In this document: one piece after another, positions 1 through 10,523 of the stretch
Layout: each line of letters opens with the position of its first letter
Position numbering within the stretch: position 1 is the first letter of the stretch
Virus record (IMG/VR): IMGVR_UViG_3300012931_000667
Span: 1-64,000 of that record
DNA length: 64,000 nucleotides
Strand: one strand, 5' to 3'
Source: a virus
Program-made: the position numbers and the translations under genes
Notes under the pieces: generated by a model
What the model was told of the DNA's origin: nothing
Databases searched by the model: none
What the model saw: the letters and a program-made list of their open reading frames with translations, nothing else

Positions 1-743
1 AATGATGAATCTTGTGGTCTTTTTACACCTGATATATCTTCTATCATTTTCATTTTTTCTATTTTTTTATTAGGACTAATAGAAGTAGCATACTTCCATA
101 TTGATTTTCTTTTTTGACCTATGTTATAAACTCCATAGGCATTATTAATAATAAGTATACTTATTTTCTTAGCTATAGTATTTACAGGTTCACGAGAAGA
201 ATAAGCATCAGTAAATGCTACATCTCTATGCCATTCTTTAGGACTAAAAGCACATCGAATTATTAAGTATTGATTTTCATTTAATTGTCTTACTATACCC
301 TCTCCAGCTAATTTACTCCATCCATACCTATTAACAGGAAATACATCATCATCTTCACTATAATTTCCATAATTACCTTTATAAATATATTCAGTAGAAA
401 TATATACAATTTTTTTAATATATCCTATAGCTACAAATTCTGATAGATATCCTGTACCTATAATATTAGTATTTATTGTATTACACACTATATCACTATC
501 ATCAATCATAAAGTTTTTTAATACATATTCAGGATGATGATGCTCTATTTTATTTTGATTTATTAATGCGGCACAATGAATACATACATCATAAGGTATT
601 TTACAATGAGATACTAGATACCTATTAACAGACTCTAAATTAGTAATATCTAATTCATCATGAGTAGGGCAATCAGCATCAGGAAACAATACATGTAACT
701 CTGATCCTAATTGTCCTGATGCTCCTACTATTAATATTCTCAT
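1..743 (-). CDS. dTDP-4-dehydrorhamnose reductase (RmlD/RfbD)-like SDR, runs off the window edge
   Basis: Translated by hand (not in the ORF track): MRILIVGASGQLG nucleotide-binding motif, HCAA, YISTEY, YGWSK catalytic motif and RPQDSS near the C-terminus. Its ATG overlaps the TGA of the upstream gene. Confidence 0.8.
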   Translation of the reverse strand, partial: MRILIVGASGQLGSELHVLFPDADCPTHDELDITNLESVNRYLVSHCKIPYDVCIHCAALINQNKIEHHHPEYVLKNFMIDDSDIVCNTINTNIIGTGYLSEFVAIGYIKKIVYISTEYIYKGNYGNYSEDDDVFPVNRYGWSKLAGEGIVRQLNENQYLIIRCAFSPKEWHRDVAFTDAYSSREPVNTIAKKISILIINNAYGVYNIGQKRKSIWKYATSISPNKKIEKMKMIEDISGVKRPQDSS

Positions 744-3181
744 TTTAGATTATCCTTATTCTGAATAGCACTTAATACTGTTTTAGCTTCATAGTTAATA
801 TCTTCTTCGGTTAATCCATGCCATAATCCAATCCATAGCATATTGGTCATTATTTTATTAGTCATATCTAAATCATAATAAATACAATCTTTAATTTGAT
901 TAGAACAAGGTTGTGCTAATATATTTCCAGCAAATAATAATCTAGTTCCTATACCTTTACTATCAAGTTCTTTAATTACCTTTTGTCTATCTACAGTATC
1001 AGGTAATAATAATGGGTATCCAAAATAAGAAGGATCATAAGTAGAATAATAATTAGCTTTATCATCATGGTTACTAAAGAAAAATAATGAGTATTCTTCA
1101 AGTACTTCTTGTAGTAAACTAAAATTTCTTTTTCTAATGTCAATATATGCATCAAGTTTATCTAATTGAGAGTAAAGTAAAGCCGCACTAGGATTAGTCA
1201 TTTTTAAGTTATACCCAAAATGATTGTATACAAACTTATGATCAAATCCTACAGGTAATTGTCCATCAAGCCCAGGTTCATAAGTATGATCAAATCTATA
1301 TCCACATTGGTTATCTTGACCAGGGGAACAATTACATTCTTTTCCCCAATCACGCAATGATTGTACAATTTTATTAATTAATGGATCATCAGTAGCTATA
1401 GCCCCACCTTCACCAGAATTATGAACAGACATTCCACTTCCTGTCATAAAATTTTCATATCCAGCAACACTAATATCATATACAAACCCATTTATACAAT
1501 CAATTTCTTCTATTTTAGTTATTTTTGCTTGAGTCATATCCCCATAAAGTCTTTTTAAAGTATGATTACCTCTAAAACCTTTTGAATCTAAAATACTTTT
1601 ATTAGAATAAGATATTTTATAATTTTTTTTACAATTAGATATATACTCTTTCTTTGTTCCCTTATTAAATACTTTTTTTATTTCTGATTCTTCATTCCAT
1701 AAAGGTTGAATTCCTAAAGATAAAAGTAAATAAAATATTCCTGTAGCTAATTCTTTACTAATTGTTTTTGCTTCTTTATAAATAGTATCTTTACAAATAA
1801 AATTATTCAATTTATGTATTGTACCATCCCCACAATAGTACCCATTTAAAAACTCTTTTTTTATTTCTTTAGTAGAATTAAATATAAAAGAAGGTACTTT
1901 TTTATTAATAGCACCTCTGCCACAATACTTTAATAAAAATTCATATAATGCTTTATTAGAAGCAACCATATTTATTCCATTTTCAGTTTCTTTTTTATTA
2001 AAAATAGAGAATTTAAAATCTCCAAAATCTTTTATAGCATTATTAATCTTATTTAACCAATCACTTTCTTTTTTATGTAAAGATAAAATTATATTATAAT
2101 TTCCTGATTTTTTATTTTTATTAAAACTTCCTTCTGCAACAAATAACCCTAGAAACCAAGAAAATTCTTTAGTAATATCTATATTTTTGATATAGGACTC
2201 CCAATTTCCTTTTTTATATAATTTAATATCTATATCTTTTTTTTCAGGTAATAAAGGAATATTTTTTGGTAGTAAAATATAATCCCCTTTTTTAAAATTA
2301 GAAGTTTCTTTACCTTTAATTTCATCATTTTCTAAATAATACAAATTATGAGATGAAGTTACTGTTACATTTCTTCCTGTTTGTACTGTTATTTTATATA
2401 ATTTTTCTTTACATTCATGTTTAATTACTCCTGTAATAGGTTGATAAGATAATTTACCATCACTATTAAATACAATTGCTTCACTATTTTCATATAAACT
2501 ATTATATTCTACATAATCTCCAATCTTTACAATTTTTAATTCATTTTTATTTCTAATATAGATGTATTCATCATAAGGTAAACTTGTAACATGGTGAGCA
2601 GGATAAAAAGAATAAGTGGAAACTTGACCAAAAGTTCCTACTTTTTCTCTCATATATTTTGCTCCCAATGCATCACAACAATCTTCTATTAAAAACAAAT
2701 CATATTTTTCACATACACTTAGTACTTCATTAACATTAAAAGGAATTCCTAATGTATGTGCTAAGAAGATACCCTTAACATTATCATTAATATCACATGC
2801 TCGCTTTAATTGTTCAATATTAATTCCTAACTTTGAGTCTACATCACAAAAAATAGGAATGCATCCTGATTGAATAATAGGGCTAATAGTTGTAGGAAAT
2901 CCACAAGCTACAGTAATTACTTTATCTCCCTTATTAAGTCTCCATTTTTCATGCATTAATGGAGAAGTAAAAGCCATAAAAGCAAGTAGATTAGCTGAAC
3001 TTCCACTATTACATAATGATATATATTTTAATCCTAGATAATTACTTAATTTATCCTCTGTCATTTTTACATATTTTCCTCCACATACTTCACCTGACAT
3101 AATAGCATCAATCATTGTTATTTTGTCTTTATCAGTTAATACCATTCCACTATTTTGTATATACTTTCTTTTTTGTTCCAT
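740..3181 (-). CDS. rfbH: RfbH/E1-type DegT-family PMP-dependent NDP-4-keto-6-deoxyglucose 3-dehydratase, intein-containing
   Basis: NSGSSANLLA, GFPTT, AHTLG, IEDCCDALG. SFYPAHH has His in place of the usual PLP lysine. Cys cluster CNCSPGQDNQC, DHKFVY, GYNLK, TRLLFAGN. Extein is about 424 aa. Confidence 0.85.
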   Translation of the reverse strand: MEQKRKYIQNSGMVLTDKDKITMIDAIMSGEVCGGKYVKMTEDKLSNYLGLKYISLCNSGSSANLLAFMAFTSPLMHEKWRLNKGDKVITVACGFPTTISPIIQSGCIPIFCDVDSKLGINIEQLKRACDINDNVKGIFLAHTLGIPFNVNEVLSVCEKYDLFLIEDCCDALGAKYMREKVGTFGQVSTYSFYPAHHVTSLPYDEYIYIRNKNELKIVKIGDYVEYNSLYENSEAIVFNSDGKLSYQPITGVIKHECKEKLYKITVQTGRNVTVTSSHNLYYLENDEIKGKETSNFKKGDYILLPKNIPLLPEKKDIDIKLYKKGNWESYIKNIDITKEFSWFLGLFVAEGSFNKNKKSGNYNIILSLHKKESDWLNKINNAIKDFGDFKFSIFNKKETENGINMVASNKALYEFLLKYCGRGAINKKVPSFIFNSTKEIKKEFLNGYYCGDGTIHKLNNFICKDTIYKEAKTISKELATGIFYLLLSLGIQPLWNEESEIKKVFNKGTKKEYISNCKKNYKISYSNKSILDSKGFRGNHTLKRLYGDMTQAKITKIEEIDCINGFVYDISVAGYENFMTGSGMSVHNSGEGGAIATDDPLINKIVQSLRDWGKECNCSPGQDNQCGYRFDHTYEPGLDGQLPVGFDHKFVYNHFGYNLKMTNPSAALLYSQLDKLDAYIDIRKRNFSLLQEVLEEYSLFFFSNHDDKANYYSTYDPSYFGYPLLLPDTVDRQKVIKELDSKGIGTRLLFAGNILAQPCSNQIKDCIYYDLDMTNKIMTNMLWIGLWHGLTEEDINYEAKTVLSAIQNKDNLK
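1418..2584 (-). mobile_element. Intein (389 aa) with LAGLIDADG endonuclease in the rfbH-like gene
   Basis: Starts SLPYDEYI, block B VTSSHNL, LAGLIDADG motifs FLGLFVAEGS and FLNGYYCGDG, ends VYDISV...VHN followed by Ser. Splicing restores PAHHVT-SGEGG. Confidence 0.9.
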
Positions 3182-3663
3182 TATAGGTTTCCTTGATCAT
3201 CTTCATCAAAAGCATCTTCAAATTCATCATAATCATCATCATTACCTTCTGCATAACTAGTATCCACATATTCAGAAAAGTTTGTATCTAATATCTTAAA
3301 ATAAAAAATACCATTATTAAACTCATACTCTATTTTTTGTCCACATTTTACATCAAAAATTAATCCAGCACTTTTAATATAGTCATCTATACTTTCAATA
3401 TACTCTTTTTTCTATAATTCTTTAGAAACAAGTCCTAATACACCAGCATCAACAGGATATCTATCATGTTGTGTTCCTGAATATTCTCCATCCCCATAAG
3501 ATGTATTTGATACAATAAAAAATCCATCATTAACTATAAATTCACCATCACTATATCCATGTGTATCTCCCCATATTTTATCATAGATATCATCATCCAT
3601 TATATAACAAATATCACCAAAGTAAATTGTAGTATCATGATCAATAGTTAATATTTTACGCAT
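3181..3663 (-). pseudogene. Hypothetical protein with acidic tail, interrupted by one in-frame TAG (3412-3414)
   Basis: The frame stays open for 76 more codons after the TAG and ends at a TAA overlapping the next ATG (TAATG). Confidence 0.7.
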
Positions 3664-3678
3664 TATTTTCCTTCCTTT

Positions 3679-4796
3679 CTAATTTAAATAAAACCCAATA
3701 CCTTTTGTATTTTTTCCAGAATAAAAAGTAATACCAAATAAACACCCATGATAAAATCTATTAATTTTTCCAAAATTAGAATTTTGATCATACTGTACCC
3801 ATAAAGGATGTAACATTAATTTATGAAAAAAATCTATATCAACAAATAAAGGAAAATCAGTAATATCTTCATTTTTAAATAATTCTATATTAAAATTATC
3901 AAAAAAATCTTCTAATTTTTGAAGGGATTTTTGTAATGTTAATATAACTTCTGAATTTGTATCCTCTTTTTTTAATTCTAATAAATCATTCTTTAAAATA
4001 TTAACATTATCAAAAAACATTATTTTCCTTCCTTTAATAAGTCTACCTCATATAGAAAACCTTTTCCTACAGGAGTACCTAACCATTGTATTATAGTTGC
4101 TACTATTTTAAGTTCATGTTCAGATAAGTATTTTTCTGGTATATTAGGATTCCCTAATTTACCATAATCAACAGAAGAACCATAGACAAGTAAGTCCCAA
4201 AAGTTTTTATTTTGTTTTATATATTTATTAAATATTTCATTTAACTTACATTCATCAGCATTATAAGGATCATCAGGATTTAATCTATGTGATCTATACC
4301 CTACAATTTTTTTATTCATGATGCTTCCTTAATTCCTTATAGTAATAAATAATTATAATTAATTATCTTTTTTATTTATATAATGTTCATCACATAAACA
4401 TTGTACCCATGAAGTATCTCTTACTGATCCTAACTTTCCACATACCTCACAAGTAATAGATGATAATGTTTCTGCATAGTAAATAGCAGAGTTAATAGCA
4501 CTAACTATTCTATCTACTCTGGAATCATCAGCATTAGTATTAAATTGATAACTAATATAAAAATGTAATGTACCAAATTTTTCTTTAACTTGATCAACAA
4601 TAATTCCATCAGGAATTATATCTCTATTCCTTTCTAATATATATTGCAATACCATACAAAGAGCATATATTAATTGATACCATCCATCACCACATTCAAA
4701 TCCAAAAGCTAAACATGATTCTCGTGGAGATTTATTTCTATTTCTAAATAATTCAGAAAAATCAGTACATAATTTTTTATCTAATTCTTCAGTCAT
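3679..4796 (-). CDS. Three small hypothetical phage proteins (3679-4020, 4020-4319, 4359-4796)
   Basis: Tightly packed ORFs with RBS-like sequences. The last carries the GFECGDGW...QVKEKFG...CEVCG pattern common in phage hypotheticals. Confidence 0.6.
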
Positions 4797-4797
4797 A

Positions 4798-5925
4798 TTA
4801 TTTCTCCTTACTAACCTTTGTCATAAGTTCAATAATAGTTTTATTACTAATATCATTAAAGGCATCTTTAAATGATACATATTTATTATCAGCTAAACTA
4901 AATTGTAATGATGGATACACACAATTCTTCATATTCCATATAGCCATTTCTTTTCTATTAATAAAACTATCCCTTAAAGATAGATAATCTGTAAAGTCAC
5001 ATGCTAATTTATTAATAACTTTATTATAACTATCTTTTATTTCTAATATAATTTCCTTAAATTCTGGAAAATAATTTAGAAATTCATCTAGTTCACCTAA
5101 TTTAATTAAATCTATAGCTCTAGATACTGATACCCCACCTTCCCCTTTTAGATGGTGTACAGCTACATAAGCAGGAGACTTGATCTTTACTCGATTAAAA
5201 TTACCATCTACAGCTACATATCCTTCTTCACTAAAAGGAAGTATAAAAGCCGCATTAATACAATCCTCTAATGAATGTAATGGATATTGATTAGGAATAG
5301 GAAATAATTCTGCTAATTTATGATTACCTATGTATTCTTCTTGATAAGTAATATTATTTCTAACACCAATAAAAGTTATATCAATTTCATTATGAGGAAC
5401 TACTACTTTATTGTATGGTGAAGTAAGCTCAAACATATAGGTATTATCAATAGTGAATACTTGATACCAATTTTCTCTTTTTATATATTTATCAAATGCT
5501 ACTAATGCTAATTCTCCAAAACTATGGTAAGGCATAGCATCACCGAATGATTCTATTTCAGCATCATAAGCATCAATAGTACCATTAGTAGCAATATTCC
5601 AACCATCATAATAATATAATTTAATTAATGATCCATCTATTTTAGTTAATACCCTAGTAGTAGACCAATCCAATTCTGGACAATAAGACTCACCATAATT
5701 CCCGAATTTATTATAAGGGTAGCAAACTACTCTCCATGTATCTACTTCAAGTATAATCCCTCTACACTCTCTTACTAGAGGATTACTAAAATCTGAAGCT
5801 ATTTGATTATACTTAAATAATCGTAATTTACCTTTTTCTTTAATATCAATACAATATGGTTTTTCTGATAGTAATTCTGCATAGTTATTAGGATGATCTA
5901 ATAGGAATTGTTGTAATTGTAACAT
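4798..5925 (-). CDS. RNA ligase, T4 Rnl1-like
   Basis: ECRGIILE, motif I KIDGS, FELTSP, EEGYV, RVKIKS. Confidence 0.85.
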   Translation of the reverse strand: MLQLQQFLLDHPNNYAELLSEKPYCIDIKEKGKLRLFKYNQIASDFSNPLVRECRGIILEVDTWRVVCYPYNKFGNYGESYCPELDWSTTRVLTKIDGSLIKLYYYDGWNIATNGTIDAYDAEIESFGDAMPYHSFGELALVAFDKYIKRENWYQVFTIDNTYMFELTSPYNKVVVPHNEIDITFIGVRNNITYQEEYIGNHKLAELFPIPNQYPLHSLEDCINAAFILPFSEEGYVAVDGNFNRVKIKSPAYVAVHHLKGEGGVSVSRAIDLIKLGELDEFLNYFPEFKEIILEIKDSYNKVINKLACDFTDYLSLRDSFINRKEMAIWNMKNCVYPSLQFSLADNKYVSFKDAFNDISNKTIIELMTKVSKEK

Positions 5926-6202
5926 TGTAGAAACCTCTTTTATAGAGTTTTTATTACTCTTTTTTGCACACTACTTATATACAGGTTATTAAAACCTATA
6001 TTATTATGATTAAAATAATATTTAATACCTTTTCTTATACTATCCATATCTTTCTTATCTAATATTGATAAATAAATTTTTTTAGCTTCATTCATACACC
6101 ATCCTACTAATTCATAATTACTATTAAAAACAATAGTAGTACTATCAGGATGATCATGTAAAGTACTTATTAATGCTCCTATTATTTTCTTTTCAGTAAG
6201 CA

Positions 6203-6838
6203 TTAAAAATCCTTATGCTTAATCTTAGTTATAATTCTCTCACCTTTTCTATTAAATATATCTACAATAGGAGTTACTACTACTCCTTCAGCTAAGAAAT
6301 TACCAAATACAGATTTTAATGTTTTAGATTTTATCATTTCTACCCAATCAAGTAGTGTAGCTTCTCCAATAATCTTAACAGTATCAATACCTAGTTTATA
6401 AGCTAAATCTACAACATCAAATCTTTTTAATAACCATCCATCAATTACTACATCAAATAGTATAAATGACTGTCCATCAGGGATATAGTTTCCACCACCT
6501 TTTTGTATTTTAGCTCCATAGCCTTCACCATATAATGTTACTTTAGCAGTAGAAAAAATTTTATCCATTTGATCAACATTAAACATAGAATGTAGTTTAT
6601 CTATAAGAAATTGTGGAGTATTAGCATCATTAGTTTTACCATTGAATAGTAATGCTTTAGTTTCCCCATCATAACTAACACGAATATTTGTTCCATCTAT
6701 TTTTTCAGTCCCTAACCATAAATTATTTTCTAAATACTTATATTCTTCTTGAGCATAATCACCTATAATTATTCTCTTATTTTCATCACGCTTATAGATA
6801 GAATTAATCTTCATATATTGACCATTGAATTGATACAT
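6203..6838 (-). CDS. RNA ligase, Rnl2-like nucleotidyltransferase domain
   Basis: Motif I TEKIDGTN, LYGEGYG, FDV, AEGVV, terminal KIKHKDF. Confidence 0.8.
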   Translation of the reverse strand: MYQFNGQYMKINSIYKRDENKRIIIGDYAQEEYKYLENNLWLGTEKIDGTNIRVSYDGETKALLFNGKTNDANTPQFLIDKLHSMFNVDQMDKIFSTAKVTLYGEGYGAKIQKGGGNYIPDGQSFILFDVVIDGWLLKRFDVVDLAYKLGIDTVKIIGEATLLDWVEMIKSKTLKSVFGNFLAEGVVVTPIVDIFNRKGERIITKIKHKDF

Positions 6839-6863
6839 TTTAGTACTCCTTATTATCTTCTAT

Positions 6864-7529
6864 TTAAATTTGTACTATAGTTATTTTACCAGATTCCCCT
6901 TCCCAATATTTTAGAAAAGAACCTGTATCAATATCTGTAACACATCCAAATTTAACAGGATTTTTAACAATAGTATGTCCAGCATAAACAATATTTATAT
7001 CTGAAATAAAATGATTATAACTTTTATCTCTTTCCCATAGTATGTATTCTTTTATATTTTGATAATAAGGATTATCAATTTTAATAGCTTCTTTTAATGT
7101 ATCAACAGTATTAAATTTAGGACACAAAGAATGTAAAATTAATACTTTACCTATATTAATAATTAATGGTAATTGTTCTAATAGTATCCCATATTCTTCT
7201 ATATATCTTTTATCTATTTCATTACACCACTGACCACCATTACTAAAATGCCAATATTTATCACTAGATTTATAATACCAACATTGTAAAAACATATCTT
7301 CATGATTTCCCATAACGGGGTGAAACCAAGGCTTTTTAATATATTCTAATGATTTATTAGATTCTGGTCCTCTATCAGCTAGATCACCTACACAAAATAG
7401 TCTATCTTTAGTAATATCAAAATTAATTTTTGCTAATTCTTCTTCAAGATCAGAGTAACAACCATGAATATCTCCACATACAAAATCTTTACCTATATTG
7501 TTTATAGGGTACTCAATAAATCCATTCAT
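6864..7529 (-). CDS. Metallophosphoesterase (lambda-phosphatase/PrpA-like)
   Basis: GDIHG, GDLADRG, GNHE, GHT, IDTG motifs. Confidence 0.9.
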   Translation of the reverse strand: MNGFIEYPINNIGKDFVCGDIHGCYSDLEEELAKINFDITKDRLFCVGDLADRGPESNKSLEYIKKPWFHPVMGNHEDMFLQCWYYKSSDKYWHFSNGGQWCNEIDKRYIEEYGILLEQLPLIINIGKVLILHSLCPKFNTVDTLKEAIKIDNPYYQNIKEYILWERDKSYNHFISDINIVYAGHTIVKNPVKFGCVTDIDTGSFLKYWEGESGKITIVQI

Positions 7530-7727
7530 TATTTTACCTCATTAACTATTAATAATTTTTCTATATCTGTATTTCCATCATAGCCACACTGTGAACAAAT
7601 CCCTGATATTACATTAATAGCATAGTTTTCTAAACCACATTTAGGACAATGAGTTAAAAATAATTTATTATTTTTACCAATAAAACCAAATTTAGGATTC
7701 ATTATTGTTCCTTAAATAATTTTAATA

Positions 7728-7756
7728 ACAGTATCATACTATCAGTGTATTGTCAA
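7728..7756 (-). promoter_or_regulatory. Sigma70-type promoter
   Basis: TTGACA-N17-TACTGT with extended TG, intergenic, just after a terminator. Confidence 0.65.
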
Positions 7757-7760
7757 TAAT

Positions 7761-7807
7761 AAAAGTAAAAACCCTCTAGAATGGGAGGTAATCATTGTAG
7801 AGGGTTT
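7761..7807 (-). terminator. Intrinsic terminator downstream of recA
   Basis: AAACCCTCTA...TAGAGGGTTT stem followed on the minus strand by a T-rich tract. Confidence 0.7.
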
Positions 7808-7839
7808 AGACATTTTTTACATTATTATTAAATTATTTA

Positions 7840-10188
7840 TTACATAAGATTTTTAACTTTATTGTATAATTCTTGATATTGATCTTTATCTAAATTTTGT
7901 ATCCATTTAATAGAATTATCAGCACCTTGCCCTACTTTTTCTTCACCATAAGTATACCAAGCACCTTTCTTATCTATTACTCCTTTATCTACAGCTAAAG
8001 AAAGTAAATCAGCATATTTGTTTATACCTTTACCAAATTCAAGTAAGAACTCTCGTTTACGGAAAGGAGGAGCTAACTTATTTTTAACAATTTTTATTTT
8101 TATTTTATTAGCAGTAGCATCATCATCATCATTTTTTCCACCACCTATAGTTTCAATTTTACGCACATCTAATCTTTGTGAAGAATAAAATTTTAATGCA
8201 TTTCCGCCACTTGTAACTTCTGGTGATCCAAACATAACACCAATTTTACAGTTATGAGTTAAATATTGTTCTACTGTAAATAAACTATCATTTTCTACTT
8301 CAATATCTATAGCATCAATTACAATGTTTTCTAATTCTTTTATTTCTGTAAATCTATTACTAGATATTAAATTAATGTATTTAGTATCTTCCATATATTT
8401 TAAAAATTCAATCATAGCAATTCTATCAAAATTTAATTTTTTATATAAACACATATTAAACTTTTTATAATCATAAAAATCAGTTATATTTTTATTTAAT
8501 TTTTTCATATCTTGAACTATAAGATATCCTAGAGAATAAGGTACAACATCATATTTACCTCTAGCATTAATATTTTTAATAAAACTTTCTGATATCTTTT
8601 GCTTCGTTGGTTCAGCAAATCCTATATCTTTACTAAATTTAACAGCATCACAACCACTAATATATAAGTAGTTACCTCTTATATCAGAAAAAATTCCTAA
8701 ATAATAAAGGATATTACTTATTTGTATTAAACTATCTTTATTTTCATTTGTAAAAATAAATTGACTTCCATTATTTTTTGGAGTATAAAAATGATGAGTA
8801 TCAAAAAAACAACCCCTGATGAAAGATATAATTACTGATTTTCTTGATTCATAAATTAATTTAGGAACATCCTTAAATTTTCCATATCTTTTTAATCCTA
8901 ATGCTTTAAAAAAATCTAAATATATTTTTCCATTCAAATTAATATGCCTATACTCTTTATGAATTGAAACTTCTGGAAATAATTTTTTAGTATATTCTTG
9001 TATTAAATTAAATCTTTCTTCATTTTTTTCTGACCATATAATACCATAAGTAGATTTATTATCAAAATCTAACATTGACCCATCAGAATAGTATGTTCCC
9101 ATAATAAATGCTAAATCTTCATTTAATACTGTAGGTAATTGTTTTATTCTACATTCTTTAGGTAAATTATTAATAATATTTTTAATAATATCTTCTAAAT
9201 TAAAGTATGGAACATTATTAGAAATAGCATTTGAATTAATAATAGGTTGAATTAACCAATCTTTAACTTTAATATCTTTAGCTAATTTTACTTCATAACC
9301 ATTATTAGAAATTACTGGTTGTTTATGATTTTCACTTATTTTAAAATCAGGTCTATATTTTGATTTTATTTTAATTCCATCAATTTTTCCAGAATTGTAG
9401 ATATCTAATACTTTTTTATCATATATAAAGCTATTTTTTTTAATATCTCCAAAATATGATAACTTACCATCAATTAAACACATCATACTTTTATCTACAC
9501 ATCTTAATTGATTGATAAAAATTAATGTAGTTTTTGTTTTAGATAATTTAGCAGTTAATTTTCGTAATGCTTGACTCATTAGCCTTGCCTGGAGGCCTAT
9601 GTGGGAGTCGCCCATGTCGCCTTCGATTTCAGCTTGTGGAGTTAAAGCCGCTACAGAATCTATAACAATAATATTAACAACACCAGAGTCAATTAAATCT
9701 TCAGTAATACCTAATGCTTGTTCACCACTATCAGGTTGTGATATCCATAGTGAATCAATATCTACCCCTAAATTTTTAGCATAGATAGGGTCTAATGCAT
9801 GTTCAGCATCAACAAAGGCCGCTATTCCTCCTCTACGTTGAATAGCCGCAACAGCATGTAAAGCTACAGTAGTTTTTCCAGAACTTTCAGGACCATAGAT
9901 TTCAATAACTCTTCCTTGACCGAAACCACCACCTAAAATATCATCAAGTCCTAATATGTCTGTACTTTCCATAGGGAACTTTTGAATATTAGTCCCATCT
10001 AAACATACTAAAGAATTTTTACCATATTTTTTTTCAATACCCTCAATGGATTTAGATAGTATCTCTAATTTAGCTTTTTTATCAGCAGGGACTTCTTTTT
10101 TTTCTTCAACTTTCTCTTTAGCTTTTTTTACTTTACCCTTATTTTCTTCTTCTAAAACAATAGTACTTATCTCTACACCATCACTCAA
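7840..10188 (-). CDS. recA: RecA recombinase, intein-containing
   Basis: [65 protein letters not shown]. Extein is about 365 aa. Confidence 0.97.
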   Translation of the reverse strand: MSDGVEISTIVLEEENKGKVKKAKEKVEEKKEVPADKKAKLEILSKSIEGIEKKYGKNSLVCLDGTNIQKFPMESTDILGLDDILGGGFGQGRVIEIYGPESSGKTTVALHAVAAIQRRGGIAAFVDAEHALDPIYAKNLGVDIDSLWISQPDSGEQALGITEDLIDSGVVNIIVIDSVAALTPQAEIEGDMGDSHIGLQARLMSQALRKLTAKLSKTKTTLIFINQLRCVDKSMMCLIDGKLSYFGDIKKNSFIYDKKVLDIYNSGKIDGIKIKSKYRPDFKISENHKQPVISNNGYEVKLAKDIKVKDWLIQPIINSNAISNNVPYFNLEDIIKNIINNLPKECRIKQLPTVLNEDLAFIMGTYYSDGSMLDFDNKSTYGIIWSEKNEERFNLIQEYTKKLFPEVSIHKEYRHINLNGKIYLDFFKALGLKRYGKFKDVPKLIYESRKSVIISFIRGCFFDTHHFYTPKNNGSQFIFTNENKDSLIQISNILYYLGIFSDIRGNYLYISGCDAVKFSKDIGFAEPTKQKISESFIKNINARGKYDVVPYSLGYLIVQDMKKLNKNITDFYDYKKFNMCLYKKLNFDRIAMIEFLKYMEDTKYINLISSNRFTEIKELENIVIDAIDIEVENDSLFTVEQYLTHNCKIGVMFGSPEVTSGGNALKFYSSQRLDVRKIETIGGGKNDDDDATANKIKIKIVKNKLAPPFRKREFLLEFGKGINKYADLLSLAVDKGVIDKKGAWYTYGEEKVGQGADNSIKWIQNLDKDQYQELYNKVKNLM
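8251..9501 (-). mobile_element. Intein (417 aa) with LAGLIDADG-like domain in recA
   Basis: Starts CVDKSM after FINQLR, block B ISENHKQ, motif [10 protein letters not shown], ends LTHN followed by Cys (CKIGVMFG). Confidence 0.9.
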
Positions 10189-10203
10189 TCTGTAACTCCT
10201 TTA

Positions 10204-10518
10204 TTATGTATCAAAATTATAATAAACAAATAAACCTAAAGATTCATAAAATTTAACAAGTCTTTTTACATCTACCCCATATTCTTTTGAAACCGCATAT
10301 ATTATAATTTTTAATGTAGGATACTGTTTACTAATTATTGCTACTGCACTTGTAAGTAAACTACGAGCAAATCCTTGTCCACGATATTTAGGGTCTACAT
10401 AAAGATTATGAATTTCAACACAATCATATTCAATACCATTCTTATCTTCTTCAGTACAGAAATCCCAATAGACATATCCTTTATGTGTTTCAATTAATCC
10501 ACCTGATATAGTTAACAT
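10204..10518 (-). CDS. GNAT-family acetyltransferase
   Basis: LYVDPKYRGQGFARSLL acetyl-CoA motif, FYESLG. Confidence 0.8.
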   Translation of the reverse strand: MLTISGGLIETHKGYVYWDFCTEEDKNGIEYDCVEIHNLYVDPKYRGQGFARSLLTSAVAIISKQYPTLKIIIYAVSKEYGVDVKRLVKFYESLGLFVYYNFDT

Positions 10519-10523
10519 TATTT

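Noticed and set aside
9599-9784. Plus-strand ORFs antisense to real genes (also 11930-12127, 15322-15513, 24426-24611, 24941-25129, 39703-40035) and minus-strand ORFs 51461-51706 and 53101-53325
   Set aside because: Shadow frames of well-supported genes on the opposite strand, with no RBS or recognisable motifs.
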